A stretch of DNA of 64,000 bases from an uncultured Verrucomicrobiae bacterium (GCA_963834385.1 CAWIBO010000003.1:1-64000); one strand, 5' to 3'. Numbered from the stretch's first letter, positions 39,016-50,000 are shown. Made by a program: numbers and translations. Notes: generated by a model from the sequence alone, not told the origin.

Positions 39016-40038
39016 TCAGCGATAGATTGCGGTGGTTATCTTTCCGGAGGCATCAATGGAGCCGCGATACATGCCGTTGGTGTTGAAAGGCATGGCGATA
39101 TTCCCTTTGGCATCGAGCGCGATCAAGCCGCCGGTTCCGCCCAGCCGGCCCACCTCCTCGATCACCGCCCGGGCCGCCTCGGCCAGGGGCGTGCCGGCAT
39201 ACTGCATGCGCGCGGCCACATCGTAGGCCGCCACGGCGCGGATAAAGTATTCGCCGTCGCCGGTCGCGCTCACCGCGCAGCTCTCATTGGAGGCGTAGGT
39301 CCCGCTGCCCAGCACGGGTGAATCACCAATCCGCCCGGGTCGCTTGTTCGTCATGCCGCCGGTGGAAGTGGCCGCAGCCAGATTGCCTTCGGCATCCAGC
39401 GCCACCGCGCCGACCGTGCCATGGCGGTCTTCGTCGGAGACCATCTCCTTTTTGCCGCCGCCGGCGCCTTGCTCAACCTTCTCCTGCACGCGGCGCAGGG
39501 CCTCGCGGCGCTCCGGCGTGTCGAAAAAGGAGGGTTCCACCAGCTCCAGTTTGTTTTCACGGGCGAAAGCCTCGGCCCCTGCCCCCGCCATCATGACGTG
39601 CGGAGATTTTTCCATGACGGCGCGCGCCGCGGCGATGGGGTGGCGCACGCGGGTGAGACCCGCGACTGCTCCGGCCTGGAGGGTTTTTCCATCCATGATC
39701 GAGGCATCCAGCTCATGGGTGGCGTCGCGCGTGAAAACAGCCCCGCGGCCGGCATTGAAAAGAGGGTTGTCCTCCAGGACAAGCACCGCCGCTTCCACCG
39801 CCTCGAGGCTGCGGCCGCCGCGTTTAAGAATGGCGTGACCGGCGCGCAGCCCGGCTTCCAGGCCTTCGCGGTAGGCGCGTTCTTTTTCCGGCGTCATGCT
39901 CGCGGGGTCGATGGTGCCGGCGCCTCCGTGCACGACGAGGACGATGGACGGTTCAGGCATGGCTTTCGGCTCCGCCGCGGCCTGCGCCGCGCCCAGGGCA
40001 ACGGCAGCAAACGCCAGCGAAAGCAGAAACGGTTTCAC
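39016..40038 (-). CDS. iaaA: Isoaspartyl peptidase/L-asparaginase (Ntn hydrolase) with signal peptide
   Basis: [24 protein letters not shown] and GRIGDSP. Confidence 0.9.
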   Translation of the reverse strand: MKPFLLSLAFAAVALGAAQAAAEPKAMPEPSIVLVVHGGAGTIDPASMTPEKERAYREGLEAGLRAGHAILKRGGRSLEAVEAAVLVLEDNPLFNAGRGAVFTRDATHELDASIMDGKTLQAGAVAGLTRVRHPIAAARAVMEKSPHVMMAGAGAEAFARENKLELVEPSFFDTPERREALRRVQEKVEQGAGGGKKEMVSDEDRHGTVGAVALDAEGNLAAATSTGGMTNKRPGRIGDSPVLGSGTYASNESCAVSATGDGEYFIRAVAAYDVAARMQYAGTPLAEAARAVIEEVGRLGGTGGLIALDAKGNIAMPFNTNGMYRGSIDASGKITTAIYR

Positions 40039-40880
40039 TCGCGGGCAGGCCGGCCTTCCGCCGGCGACGACGGCGCGCTCTGGGGATCGGCATTGAGGAT
40101 CACCGGCAGCCCGTCCTTGCCGGCGCCAATGATGACGACCTTGGCGTTCTGGCTCAGGGCCAGTTCCTTGGTTGCCTCGATCCCCTTCCATTTCAGGAGA
40201 TTCTCGTTAATCCCCTCGGCCACGATTTTCTGAAAGCTGGAGATGCCTTCGGCCTCGATCTTCTTGCGCTCGGCTTCCTGTCGTTCCTTCGAGAGGACGA
40301 ACTGCATCCGGGAGGCTTCCTGCTCCGCGCCCAGTTTTTCCTGGATGGCCCGCTGCAGGCGCTCAGGCAGGGCAACGTCGCGCATCAGCATTTTTTCCAC
40401 GAGGATTCCGCGCGGTTCCAGGGAACTTTCGATCTGGTGGGTGATCTGCATGCTTAACTTTTCGCGTTCCGGCGAGTAAAGGGCCTTGGCCTCGTAGGAG
40501 CTGGTCACCTCACGCACCGCGCTCCGCACGGTCGGACCCACGAGGACGTCATCGTAGTTCATCCCGATGCTGCGATAAACCTCGGGCGCGCGTTTGGGGT
40601 CGAGATGAAAGAGCAGGCTGACGTCCAGATGAACGATCAGGCCTTCACTTGAGGGAGTATCCATCTTCTCCTTCACCTCGCGGGTCTGGACCGACATCCG
40701 GCGGATTTTGACCAGCGGATTGACCAGGTGCATCCCGGCCGGGATGGGGTTGTCCCGCACATTGCCGAAGAGATCGACCACGCCGACGTGACCGGCGGGC
40801 ACGGTGCGGACGGCGCGCAGGAGCAGAAAGGCGACCACGAGGAGGAGAACAAAGGCGACAGCGGGGAAACGGGATTTCAC
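40035..40880 (-). CDS. SPFH/prohibitin family membrane protein
   Basis: N-terminal TM, VPAGHVGV, coiled coil AEQE..QEAERKKIEAEG; stop overlaps the next start. Confidence 0.88.
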   Translation of the reverse strand: MKSRFPAVAFVLLLVVAFLLLRAVRTVPAGHVGVVDLFGNVRDNPIPAGMHLVNPLVKIRRMSVQTREVKEKMDTPSSEGLIVHLDVSLLFHLDPKRAPEVYRSIGMNYDDVLVGPTVRSAVREVTSSYEAKALYSPEREKLSMQITHQIESSLEPRGILVEKMLMRDVALPERLQRAIQEKLGAEQEASRMQFVLSKERQEAERKKIEAEGISSFQKIVAEGINENLLKWKGIEATKELALSQNAKVVIIGAGKDGLPVILNADPQSAPSSPAEGRPARE

Positions 40881-40997
40881 ACAGGAAAGGTAGCGACGGG
40901 TGCGCGGCGTTGTCGACCGCATTCCTTTTCCCGGAGGAGGGGGGCGCGCGCCTTTTCGCTTTCGCCCGCCTGTTTCTGGAGCAAAATCCCTTTCGAC

Positions 40998-41843
40998 ATG
41001 GCCGACGAGGAGAAACAGAGCAACGGGGGAATCGAGACCAACGCGGTCGCGGTGGTCCAGGATGTCGGCAAACGGAGCCAGGACTTCTTCTTCCAGATCG
41101 GGAGCCTGTTCTGGTTCATCATCAACACCGTCACCGAGACGGTGGAGAACATGCGCCGGGGCCGGGCTCCCTTTAAGGCCTCCAGTTTTTTCCGGCACAC
41201 CGAGCGGGCCGGGGTCGGCTCCGTGCCCCTGGTCGCGATGGTTTCCTTCTTCCTCGGGCTGACCATGGCCCTGCTGACCGGCTACCAACTGGAACGCTTC
41301 GGGACGGAACGGCTCGTGCCGGGCCTGGTGGCCATCGCCTTTACCCGGGAACTGGGGCCGCTCCTGACCGGCATCATGCTGGCGGCCCGGATTGGCGCGG
41401 CCTTCACGGCGGAACTGGGCACGATGCAGGTCTCGGAGGAGGTGGAGGCGATTGAGGCCATGGGCATCAGTCCCCTGCGGTTCCTGGTCGCGCCCCGGGT
41501 CCTGGCTCTTTTCGCCCTCATGCCCTGCCTTGCGATCATCTCGAGCCTGGCCGCGATCATCGCCACCGCCCTGATCTCGCGGGCCTACTTCAATATTGTC
41601 TTCAGCTATTACAGCGAGCTGGTCCTGAACGCCCTCCTGATCCGCGACATCATCACCGGCATTGTGAAGAGCTTCCTCTTTGGCCTGCTGATCTCGTCCA
41701 TTGCCTGTTATCGCGGGCTGAATGTGAAAGGGGGCGCCGCGGGCGTCGGCACCTCCACCACCTCGAGCGTGGTCACGGCCATCACCACCGTGATCGGTTT
41801 CGACACGCTCTTTAACGTCGTTTACGTGGTCTTTTTCCCATGA
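40998..41843 (+). CDS. mlaE: MlaE-family ABC permease
   Basis: RELGPLLTG..RIGAAFTAELGTMQVSEEVEA. Confidence 0.9.
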   Translation: MADEEKQSNGGIETNAVAVVQDVGKRSQDFFFQIGSLFWFIINTVTETVENMRRGRAPFKASSFFRHTERAGVGSVPLVAMVSFFLGLTMALLTGYQLERFGTERLVPGLVAIAFTRELGPLLTGIMLAARIGAAFTAELGTMQVSEEVEAIEAMGISPLRFLVAPRVLALFALMPCLAIISSLAAIIATALISRAYFNIVFSYYSELVLNALLIRDIITGIVKSFLFGLLISSIACYRGLNVKGGAAGVGTSTTSSVVTAITTVIGFDTLFNVVYVVFFP

Positions 41844-42631
41844 GCGCCTCGACTCCCCCCGTGGTCGAGCTGCGCGACGTCGCGCTCACCTTTGGCGACA
41901 AGCACGTCCTGCGCGGTGTCAATCTCGAGGTCGAGCCGCTTGATCGCGTAGTCATCATGGGGCAGAGCGGCAGCGGCAAGAGCACCATCCTGCGGTTGAT
42001 CCTGGGGATCCTGCCGCCCACCGCCGGCTCCGTCTTTTTCAAGCAGTTCGAGATCGGTCGGCTTTCCCGCCGGAAACTGCAGCGGCTGCGCACCCAGATG
42101 GGCATGGTCTATCAGTATTCCGCCCTGCTCAGCTCGCGCAACGTGCACGATAACATCGCGCTCCCGCTGGAGGAACTGACCGACAAGACCAAGGCCGAGA
42201 TCAATGAGGTGGTTGAGGAAAAGCTGAGCCTGGTCGGGTTGAGCGAGGCCCGCGACAAGATGCCCTCCGAGCTTAGCGGCGGCATGCGCAAACGCGTCTC
42301 CCTGGCGCGGGCCCTCGTCATGGACCCCGAGCTCATCCTTTTCGATGAACCCTCCGCCGGTCTGGATCCCGTCATCAGCTCGGTCATCGACGAGCTGATC
42401 ATCAGCCTGACCGAGAACTCCAAGGTGACCTCCATCATCGTGACCCACGAAATGGACAGCGCCTTTCGCATCGGCACTAAAATGGCTATGCTTTACAAGG
42501 GCCAGATCATCGAAGCTTCTGATCCCGAGACATTCAAACAATCCAACAATCCCGTGGTCGCTCAATTTTTGAGCGGCAGCACCGAAGGCCCCATCCTGGA
42601 AGGAACAACTGATGCAATTGCGACGAAATGA
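41840..42631 (+). CDS. mlaF: MlaF-family ABC ATPase
   Basis: GQSGSGKS, LSGGMRKRVSLARA and DEPSAGLDP. Confidence 0.92.
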   Translation: MSASTPPVVELRDVALTFGDKHVLRGVNLEVEPLDRVVIMGQSGSGKSTILRLILGILPPTAGSVFFKQFEIGRLSRRKLQRLRTQMGMVYQYSALLSSRNVHDNIALPLEELTDKTKAEINEVVEEKLSLVGLSEARDKMPSELSGGMRKRVSLARALVMDPELILFDEPSAGLDPVISSVIDELIISLTENSKVTSIIVTHEMDSAFRIGTKMAMLYKGQIIEASDPETFKQSNNPVVAQFLSGSTEGPILEGTTDAIATK

Positions 42632-43724
42632 AGTCCTGACCGGGCTGCTGGTCCTCGGCACGCTGGCTGTCCTGACCGGCATTCTGATCTTGCTGGGCGC
42701 GCCGGGGCTCTTCAAGTCGCTCGTAACCTACAAGATCTATTTCGACAACGCTTCCGGCATCAAGCAGGGCGCGCCCGTCCTCCTCGCCGGCCGCAAGATC
42801 GGCCAGGTGGTCAAGCTTTCCTCCCCGGTCACGGACGAGGAAGCCGCCCGCGCCCTGCAGGCCGCCAACGCGCCCCGGACCGACAAGGGCAAAGCCGAGA
42901 AGGAGCGGGTGGAGAAGGGTGAAACCCAGAAGGCGGCGAATGACGTCCTCGAGAAAAAGGAGATCGAGGTCCGGATCGACGTGCAGGTGGACGAGGATTC
43001 ACAGGTCTTCCGCGACGCCATCCCGCGCCTGGTCACCCTGGGGCTGCTGGGCGAAACCGCGATCGACTTCAGTGCCGGCAACCAGAGCGCGGGCCTCGCC
43101 ACCGACGGCGAAATCTTCCTCGGCGAACGCGTGCCCGATTTCGGCGAGGCGATCGCCGGCATGCTCGATATCATCAAGCCGGTGGCGACCGAGGCCACCG
43201 CGACCCTGAAGGAATTGCAGGTGACCGCCCAGAATTTCAGCAAGATCACGGACGAGACCTCCCAGTTGAACATGGCCATCGCGCAGTTCCGGACCTTTGC
43301 CGAGAACCTGACCAACCTGACGGCGCGGGACAGTTCGCTCTCGCTCGCCCTCAAGAACGTGGAGGAAATCAGTGCCAGCCTGACGGCCGATGACAATCTC
43401 AAGGTCACCCTGCAGAATTTCCGGGACTCGTCCGAGAAATTGAAGAATGCGATGGACGATCTTGGGCCCGACCTGCGGCAAACCGGCCGGAACGTGGCCG
43501 ACCTGACCGACACGGTGAAGCGGCAGCCCTGGCGGCTCGTCTGGCCCAGCACAAAATCCTATCCTGATGACGGACCGGATGCCGCGACCGAGATTTCCGC
43601 GCCGAGCCGGTTGCGCGCGCGGGGACGGGCCGACGAGACAATTACGGTGCGAAAAACGGCGCGTCGTCCCTCGGCCTCGCCGACGCCTTCCGCGCGCGGC
43701 GGACGTTTCCTGGAAACGCCCTAG
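42612..43724 (+). CDS. mlaD: MlaD/MCE family protein
   Basis: N-terminal TM, FDNASGIKQGAPV..G..IGQV, GLLGE and a helical C-terminus. Confidence 0.88.
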   Translation: MQLRRNEVLTGLLVLGTLAVLTGILILLGAPGLFKSLVTYKIYFDNASGIKQGAPVLLAGRKIGQVVKLSSPVTDEEAARALQAANAPRTDKGKAEKERVEKGETQKAANDVLEKKEIEVRIDVQVDEDSQVFRDAIPRLVTLGLLGETAIDFSAGNQSAGLATDGEIFLGERVPDFGEAIAGMLDIIKPVATEATATLKELQVTAQNFSKITDETSQLNMAIAQFRTFAENLTNLTARDSSLSLALKNVEEISASLTADDNLKVTLQNFRDSSEKLKNAMDDLGPDLRQTGRNVADLTDTVKRQPWRLVWPSTKSYPDDGPDAATEISAPSRLRARGRADETITVRKTARRPSASPTPSARGGRFLETP

Positions 43725-44821
43725 GCGGCTTTCTGCGTCAGGCGTTCCTGGAGAAAGGCCAGGACGGCGGCCTCGGCCGGGCGCAGGACCTCGAGTTTCT
43801 CCTCGAGCGCTTCCTCGGTTTTCTGTTTCAGGCCGGCGATGGCGTTGCCATCGAGATAATTTTCCAGCACGGCCGGGTGGATATAACACTTCCGGCAGAC
43901 CGCCGGGGTGTTCCCCAGCACGGTGGCCACCGCGCCAATGGCCGTCTTGATGTTCTTTTTCGCCTGGCTCTTGTTCTCGAACGGCTCCACCGCATGGAGC
44001 GCCATCGCGGCCAGGACCGTTCCCGCCCAGGTCCGGAAATCCTTGGCGGTGAATTCTTCGCCCGTGATCTCTTGCAAATACTCGTTCACTTCGTCGGAGG
44101 TGACGTCGCGGACCTCGCCGTCGTCATCGACGTAGCCGAAGAGTTCCTGCCCGGGCAAATCCTGGAGCCGGCGCACCACCCGGGCCAGGCGCGGATCTTC
44201 CAGGTCGACCTCGTGCCGGATGCCGCTTTTGCCGCGAAACCGGAAGGTCATGGTGCCGCCCTTTACCTGGACGTGCGTGTTGCGGATGGTGGTAAGCCCG
44301 TAGGATTTGTTGGTGCGCGCGTATTCGTCGTTGCCGATCCGGATGAGGGTGCGCTCCAGCAGCCAGACCACGGTGGCGAGCACTTTTTCGCGCGGCAAGC
44401 CGCGCTTTTTCAGATCGCGCGCAACCCGGGCGCGGATTTTCGGCAGCATCGAACCGAAGAGCGCCATACGCTCGTATTTGCTCTCGTCGCGCACTTCGCG
44501 CCAGCGTTCGTGGTAGCGGTATTGTTTGCGGCCGCGGGCATCGCGGCCGGTCGCCTGCAGATGGCCGTTCGTAGCCGGGCAGATCCAGACATCGGTGTAG
44601 GCCGGCGGAATCGCGAGCCGGCGCAGACGGAGAACACGCGTTTCGTCGCTGATTTTCTTGCCCTTGGTGTCGAAAAAATCGAAAGCGTCCCCCCGGCGTT
44701 TCCGGGTGTAACCGGGCTGGTCGTCACTGACGTAACGGAGGCCGGCCTCGGCCGCGGCCTTTTCGGGATCGTTTTCGACGAGAGCGGGCGTTTTCCGGCG
44801 GCGGGAAGATTTGGCGGGCAC
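43721..44821 (-). CDS. DNA topoisomerase IB (bacterial/poxvirus-like)
   Basis: IPPAYTDVWIC, GRDARGRKQYRYH, IRIGN, FRGKSG, KDFRTW and LGNTPAVCRKCY. Confidence 0.93.
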   Translation of the reverse strand: MPAKSSRRRKTPALVENDPEKAAAEAGLRYVSDDQPGYTRKRRGDAFDFFDTKGKKISDETRVLRLRRLAIPPAYTDVWICPATNGHLQATGRDARGRKQYRYHERWREVRDESKYERMALFGSMLPKIRARVARDLKKRGLPREKVLATVVWLLERTLIRIGNDEYARTNKSYGLTTIRNTHVQVKGGTMTFRFRGKSGIRHEVDLEDPRLARVVRRLQDLPGQELFGYVDDDGEVRDVTSDEVNEYLQEITGEEFTAKDFRTWAGTVLAAMALHAVEPFENKSQAKKNIKTAIGAVATVLGNTPAVCRKCYIHPAVLENYLDGNAIAGLKQKTEEALEEKLEVLRPAEAAVLAFLQERLTQKAA

Positions 44822-44861
44822 GTCTCTTATACGCGGCTCGTCCCGCCTTAGGCTGCCGCGG

Positions 44862-45302
44862 TCAGGCGCCGTAGCTCTTGGTGAACTTTTTGCGGGACTC
44901 GCCTTCGCCGGGGGCGGAGGGATTCCCGGTCGTGGGCTCGGCGGCGCCGGAGGCAGGGGCGGGAGCATCGTCGGGTGCCGGCGGGGCGGACGGGGAAGCC
45001 GGCACGGCGCCTCCTCCTTTTTGGGCCTGCGCCACTTCGACGAAGACCATCTGGAGATTGGAGAGGGCGTTGCGGAGGACGGTGGCTTCCTCCTGCGAAA
45101 GATTGCCGCGCGTCTTTTCCTGGATCATGCCGAGCTGATCCACAAACATCCGGGCCAGCTCGAGGTTGACCTCAGGCTGCCCGGTCTGTGGGTTCGGGAT
45201 CTGGCCAAGGAACAGGGCGGCGTTCTGCGCCTGCATCATGACGAACTCGATGAATCGCTGGGAAAGCTCGCCCGACTGGTTGGTGGTTTGGACTTCAGCC
45301 AT
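44862..45302 (-). CDS. DUF1844 domain protein
   Basis: LGQIPNP..NLELAR..D.L..IQEKTRGNLS.EE..L. Confidence 0.85.
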   Translation of the reverse strand: MAEVQTTNQSGELSQRFIEFVMMQAQNAALFLGQIPNPQTGQPEVNLELARMFVDQLGMIQEKTRGNLSQEEATVLRNALSNLQMVFVEVAQAQKGGGAVPASPSAPPAPDDAPAPASGAAEPTTGNPSAPGEGESRKKFTKSYGA

Positions 45303-45306
45303 ATTT

Positions 45307-47901
45307 TTATTCCTCCGAAGCGGCCGCGCCGGCCGCAGGTGGTCGCACGACGGCTATCACATGGGGTTGCTGCCGGAAGTAGCGGGCCGCCACCTCCCTG
45401 ACCTGGGCCAGGGTCACGGCCTCGATTTCACGTTCCAGCTTCTGATGATGATCAAAGCCCAGGCCATAGAGCTCGTCCAGGGCGGATATGTAGCCAAAGG
45501 TTTCGTTGCTCTGGTTGCTGATCTGCTGCTGGCCGATGAATTTTTTCTTGGCCCGCGCCAGTTCCTCCGCGGTCAGGCCATCCTCCGCCAGCTTCCGGAT
45601 TTCATCGAGCAGTGCGGCTCGCACCGGCTCGATCTTTTGCGGATCGGTCCCGAGGTAAAAGGCAAAGAGACCCGGGGCCAGACCCTGGAGCTGGGTTGAC
45701 CCGACAAAGTAAGCCAGGCCCATCTCCTCGCGGATGCGGACAAAGAAACGCGAACCGAGATCGCTGCAGGCTTCGTTGATCAGCTCCAAGGCCGGCCGGT
45801 CGGGGCTGAAGAGATCGGCGCCGCGATAGCCTGCCATCAGGACCGCCTGGGCTTTCTCCTTCAGGCACTCGACCATGGCCGTCTCGAGAGGGGGCGGTGG
45901 GGGTGGCAGCTTTTGCAGGGCCAGATCGCCGGGAGGCAGAGCCGCCAACGCTTTTTCGCACAGGGCGCGCACCTCGGCGGCGCGGACGTTGCCGAAAATG
46001 GCGATGACGCCGTTGCGGGCCACCAGATGGCGATCGCGGAAGGCCACCAGATCCTCCCGGGTCAGGCGCGCGACGGATTCCGGCGTGCCGTTGCCGCGCA
46101 AGCCGTAGGGATGATCGCGGAAAAGCGCCTCGCGCATGGCGTTGCGCGCGACGGTGGTGAGGTGTTCGTCATCCTCCTTGATCCGGGCGAGCTGGATCTC
46201 CTTCTCGCGGACCACCGCCGCCTCCGGCAGGGTGGCATGGAGGAGAATGTCCGAGAGGAGATCGAGACCAAGGGCCAGGTCGGGCTGGGTCACATCAAGG
46301 TGAAGGGTGAACGAGTTGTTGCCGGACTCGATGGAAAGGGCGCCGCCGACCGATTCCAGTTCGTCGGCGATTTCTTCCGCGGTCCGGTTCGTGGTCCCCT
46401 TGGCCAGCATCTTGGCGGTTAACCGGGTGATGCCGCTGGTTGCGGGCGTCTCGGCAAGCAGGCCGGCGCGGAACACGGCGGAGATGGCCACCAGCGGAAG
46501 CCGGGGATCCTCGCGCACCAGGAGCCGCAAGCCATTCTCGAGGGTGAATTGTTGAATCTCCCCCACGGGCGAGGGGACAGGCCGGGTGCGGGTGTGATCG
46601 AGCGCCCCCTCAGGATCAAGCGAGGCCAGGGTCAGGTTCCGGTCGACCAGATAGGTGCGGGCGACCCGTTGAAGGTCTTCCAGGGTGACGCGCTGGAGAG
46701 CGTCAAGGTAGTCGCGGCTGAAATCGAGGTTGCGGGTGAAGAACCAGTTGGAGCCGAGGTCAGAAGCCTGGCCGCGCATGGTGGTGAGCTGGCCCAGGTG
46801 CTCGGCGACCGACATCTTCCGGGCCTTGACCAGCTCCTGCGTGGTGGCCATTCCGGTTTTCAACTCCTCCACCAGTTGCAGGATCAATTCCTGCACGGCC
46901 TCGCGGTTTTCCGGGTCAAGGGTGGCATCGATCCCGAAGATGCCCGGTTCGCCCGGGGTATAGGAAAAAGCGGAGACGCTGTGGGCCAGCCCGGCTTCCC
47001 GCACCCGCAGGTAGAGACGCGAACTGCGGCCCGCGCCAAGAACGGTGGAAAGAAGATCAAGCGCCGGAACGTCGGGATGGGTGACCCGCGGGATATGCCA
47101 GGCCAGGGCGAGGCGGGTCAGCTCGGTCTTGAAATCCTGGTGAACTTCACGGCGGCCCAACTGGGGCGGTTCCCCGGGGCGATAAACGGGCTGGAGCGAC
47201 CGGGCCGGAAATTTGGCGAAGGCTTCTTCGAGTTGCCGGCGCACCGCGGCGGTCTCGACGTCGCCCACGACGATGAAGGTGATGTTGTTGGGAACGTAGC
47301 GCGCCTTGTAATAGGCCATGACCTCGTCGCGCGTGAGCTGGTTGAAGATGTCGAGATGGCCAATGACCGGGAGCCCGTAGGGATGCCGCTGGTAGGCGGT
47401 GGCAAACATGAGCTGGCCGATCATCCGGTCAGGATCATCGAAGCCCATGGCGAACTCGCGCCGGATCACCTCCTGTTCCTTGATGAACTCGTCCCGGGGA
47501 AGGGTGGAATTCATGGTGGCGTCGGCCAGGAGATCGATCGCGGTCTCCACGCCGGCGCGGGGGACGTCGATCCAGTAGACCGTGCGATCGAACGAGGTGT
47601 AGGCGTTGATGTACCCGCCCACGTCCTGGATGCTTTGGGCGATGGCGTTGGCCGGGCGGGTCTCGGTCCCTTTGAAGAGCATGTGCTCGAGCAGGTGGGA
47701 CAGGCCGGACCCGAGGTGCGCGTCCTCATCGATGCTGCCGGTGGCGACCCAGGCCTGCACACTGGCGACAGGCGCGCTGTGGTCCTCCTGCACGATGACG
47801 TTCAGCCCGTTCGGCAGGGTCGAGCGGACGGCCGTGACCGGCGGAAAAGTGAGGACGGCGGATGGTTCCGGGCTGTTCCCGGAAAGCTCGGCGCTGATCA
47901 T
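45307..47901 (-). CDS. M16 family zinc peptidase (fused two-half pitrilysin-like)
   Basis: LPNGL, GS..E, HLLEHMLFKGT and NAYTSFDRT; the second half lacks HxxEH. Confidence 0.92.
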   Translation of the reverse strand: MISAELSGNSPEPSAVLTFPPVTAVRSTLPNGLNVIVQEDHSAPVASVQAWVATGSIDEDAHLGSGLSHLLEHMLFKGTETRPANAIAQSIQDVGGYINAYTSFDRTVYWIDVPRAGVETAIDLLADATMNSTLPRDEFIKEQEVIRREFAMGFDDPDRMIGQLMFATAYQRHPYGLPVIGHLDIFNQLTRDEVMAYYKARYVPNNITFIVVGDVETAAVRRQLEEAFAKFPARSLQPVYRPGEPPQLGRREVHQDFKTELTRLALAWHIPRVTHPDVPALDLLSTVLGAGRSSRLYLRVREAGLAHSVSAFSYTPGEPGIFGIDATLDPENREAVQELILQLVEELKTGMATTQELVKARKMSVAEHLGQLTTMRGQASDLGSNWFFTRNLDFSRDYLDALQRVTLEDLQRVARTYLVDRNLTLASLDPEGALDHTRTRPVPSPVGEIQQFTLENGLRLLVREDPRLPLVAISAVFRAGLLAETPATSGITRLTAKMLAKGTTNRTAEEIADELESVGGALSIESGNNSFTLHLDVTQPDLALGLDLLSDILLHATLPEAAVVREKEIQLARIKEDDEHLTTVARNAMREALFRDHPYGLRGNGTPESVARLTREDLVAFRDRHLVARNGVIAIFGNVRAAEVRALCEKALAALPPGDLALQKLPPPPPPLETAMVECLKEKAQAVLMAGYRGADLFSPDRPALELINEACSDLGSRFFVRIREEMGLAYFVGSTQLQGLAPGLFAFYLGTDPQKIEPVRAALLDEIRKLAEDGLTAEELARAKKKFIGQQQISNQSNETFGYISALDELYGLGFDHHQKLEREIEAVTLAQVREVAARYFRQQPHVIAVVRPPAAGAAASEE

Positions 47902-47935
47902 CGCAGGTGGCGTCGGTGGGCGCGCCCGGGCGGCC

Positions 47936-48370
47936 TCATGTGGCCCGGGGCGCGGGCAGGGGCAGCCCCGGTTTCGTTTCGGTGCGGCGGTTCGGCGCGA
48001 ACGGTTTCACGAACGCCTCCTCGAAATCGTAGATGTTCTTGAAGTCCTCGATCGAGTCCTGCTCGGTCTTCCCAAAGATGCCGGCGCCGATGAGATTAAA
48101 GACCATGTGGCCGATGTCCTCCGTGCGGGTGACGCCCCAGGAGGAGAAAACGGTCATGACCATCGGGCCAAATTCCCGCAGGGCATACTGGCGCACGCCA
48201 TCGAGCAGTTCCGGCCCGGAGACATGGCGGACCGTGGCCCCTTTGGTCTTCTTTTGCTGCTTGGTCGTGTAGTCGAGCGCGTCCCGCAAAAAGACGTAGC
48301 TGTCCCGGTGGTAACGCGGATCGGTTGTGACGATCGAGTCGAGAGCTTCCCCAAATCCAATTTTCTGCAT
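47936..48370 (-). CDS. Minf_1886-like conserved protein (PVC group)
   Basis: DPRY..Y.FLR.AL, HVSGPELL, EFGPM..WGV..TEDIG and K...DSIEDF. Confidence 0.8.
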   Translation of the reverse strand: MQKIGFGEALDSIVTTDPRYHRDSYVFLRDALDYTTKQQKKTKGATVRHVSGPELLDGVRQYALREFGPMVMTVFSSWGVTRTEDIGHMVFNLIGAGIFGKTEQDSIEDFKNIYDFEEAFVKPFAPNRRTETKPGLPLPAPRAT

Positions 48371-48487
48371 GCAGGTAAGGCGGGCCGGGTTCAACCAGCG
48401 CGGTGGATATGATACTCAGCAACGTTCATGCGAGCAACCCCGGGCACAGAGGCGTCCCTGGTTGACCATGCTGATACGCTCACCGGC

Positions 48488-48895
48488 ATGACCTGGCTTC
48501 ACTCCCTCACGGGGACTTTCCTCCCGGCCCAGATTCTCCTGGCCGCCCTCCTCGCCATCCTTTTCCTCCAGTCAGGGCTCGACAAGCTCCTGCATTGGAA
48601 GGGAAACCTCGAATGGCTCACCGGCCATTTCTCGAAAACCCCGCTCGCCGGGCAGGTGCCCATCCTGCTCGCGCTTTTGACCGGGCTCGAGGTGGCGGCG
48701 GGCGCGTTCAGCGCCGCGGGCGTTCTTCTGCTCGTCGCCGGGTTCGGCAGTTTCGTCGCCTACCTCGGCGCCCTGCTTTCCGCCCTCGCCCTCCTCGCGC
48801 TCTTCTTTGGCCAGCGGGTGGCGAAGGATTATCCCGGCGCAGCCAGTCTGGTGCCGTATTTCCTGGTCGCGCTCCTCGGCCTTTTCATTCTCTAG
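48488..48895 (+). CDS. DoxX-like membrane protein
   Basis: FLQSGLDK..W.GN..WL..HF and FGQRVAKDY.GA. Confidence 0.8.
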   Translation: MTWLHSLTGTFLPAQILLAALLAILFLQSGLDKLLHWKGNLEWLTGHFSKTPLAGQVPILLALLTGLEVAAGAFSAAGVLLLVAGFGSFVAYLGALLSALALLALFFGQRVAKDYPGAASLVPYFLVALLGLFIL

Positions 48896-49989
48896 GCCGG
48901 CTCGTCATTCAGGAAGCGGGCGAGCAACCGGTGAAAATGGTGCGTGCCCACTTCGCGGCGCGGTGAGTAACGGCCCCGGCGGGCCAGGCGCGATTTCACC
49001 CCGCGCTGGACCGATTCCACCACCGCTTCGTCTTCCATCTCCACCCGGTGCAGGTCGGTCCCCACGCCCTCCGCCCGCCGGGTTTCGTCCCAGACGTAAC
49101 TCAGGAAGGAGACACGGGTGCGATCGGGTCCGAGCGGGCAGACCACATTCACCGAGATGCCCCACGGATAAAAATTCAGCATCAGGTTCGGGAAGAGCCA
49201 GTAATAAAAAGCGGCCACGTGCTGTCCCGCCTCCGGGTGCCCCGGCGGCAGATCAAAGGTGCCGCCGGCCGATTTGGTCAGCCCCAGTTGCAGGCTCGCC
49301 AGGGGATAAAGTTCCGTGCGGTATTCCCCGTAGTCGAGCCCGGCCAGGCTGGTGCCGTGCACATGCGGGATGTGAAATTCCTCGAGGTAATTGTCACAGT
49401 AGAGCGCCCAGTTCGCCTTGATCAGGTAATCACGGCTCGAGGCGGGATCGAGCCGGGCCTCTTCCAGCGGCAGGAAGGCGACGCGCGCCGCCAGCGGCCC
49501 GATCCAGTCCGCCAGGCTGAAGGCCGGCGCCAGGCTGCTGAAGAGAAACGGCCCCCAGCGTTCCAGGGGAAGGCGCCGCAGGTCGTCCTCCCCGGATGGA
49601 AAATCCTTCACCTCCTCGAACTCGGGCATGGAGGTGAACCGGCCATCGAGGCAGAAACGGCGGCCGTGGTAGCGGCAGCGCAACGCTTTCAGGTGACCGT
49701 CTCCCTCCACCACCAGCGCGGCGCGATGGGTGCAGACATTGGAGAGGCAATGGACCTGCAGGGAATCGTCCACCGTCAGGACAAGCGGTTCATCCAGGCA
49801 GCCTTCGAGCAGGGTGAAGGGATGAACGTGGCCCGGGGCCTTCGCCTGGTCGGCGGGACCGACAAGGTGCCAGGAGCGGGCGAAGATTTTTTCCAGCGCA
49901 CGGGCGTGCCAGGCGGGATCGGCATAGACTTCAGGCGGGGGCGTGGAAGCCCGCGTGATGTCCCCGGCGATGACAAACTCCTGCGGCAT
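48892..49989 (-). CDS. Rieske non-heme iron oxygenase alpha subunit (choline monooxygenase-like)
   Basis: NVCTHR..CRYHG, NW..DNYLEEFHIPHVH and ED..VESVQRG. Confidence 0.9.
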   Translation of the reverse strand: MPQEFVIAGDITRASTPPPEVYADPAWHARALEKIFARSWHLVGPADQAKAPGHVHPFTLLEGCLDEPLVLTVDDSLQVHCLSNVCTHRAALVVEGDGHLKALRCRYHGRRFCLDGRFTSMPEFEEVKDFPSGEDDLRRLPLERWGPFLFSSLAPAFSLADWIGPLAARVAFLPLEEARLDPASSRDYLIKANWALYCDNYLEEFHIPHVHGTSLAGLDYGEYRTELYPLASLQLGLTKSAGGTFDLPPGHPEAGQHVAAFYYWLFPNLMLNFYPWGISVNVVCPLGPDRTRVSFLSYVWDETRRAEGVGTDLHRVEMEDEAVVESVQRGVKSRLARRGRYSPRREVGTHHFHRLLARFLNDEPA

Positions 49990-50000
49990 GGCGTGGTGGC

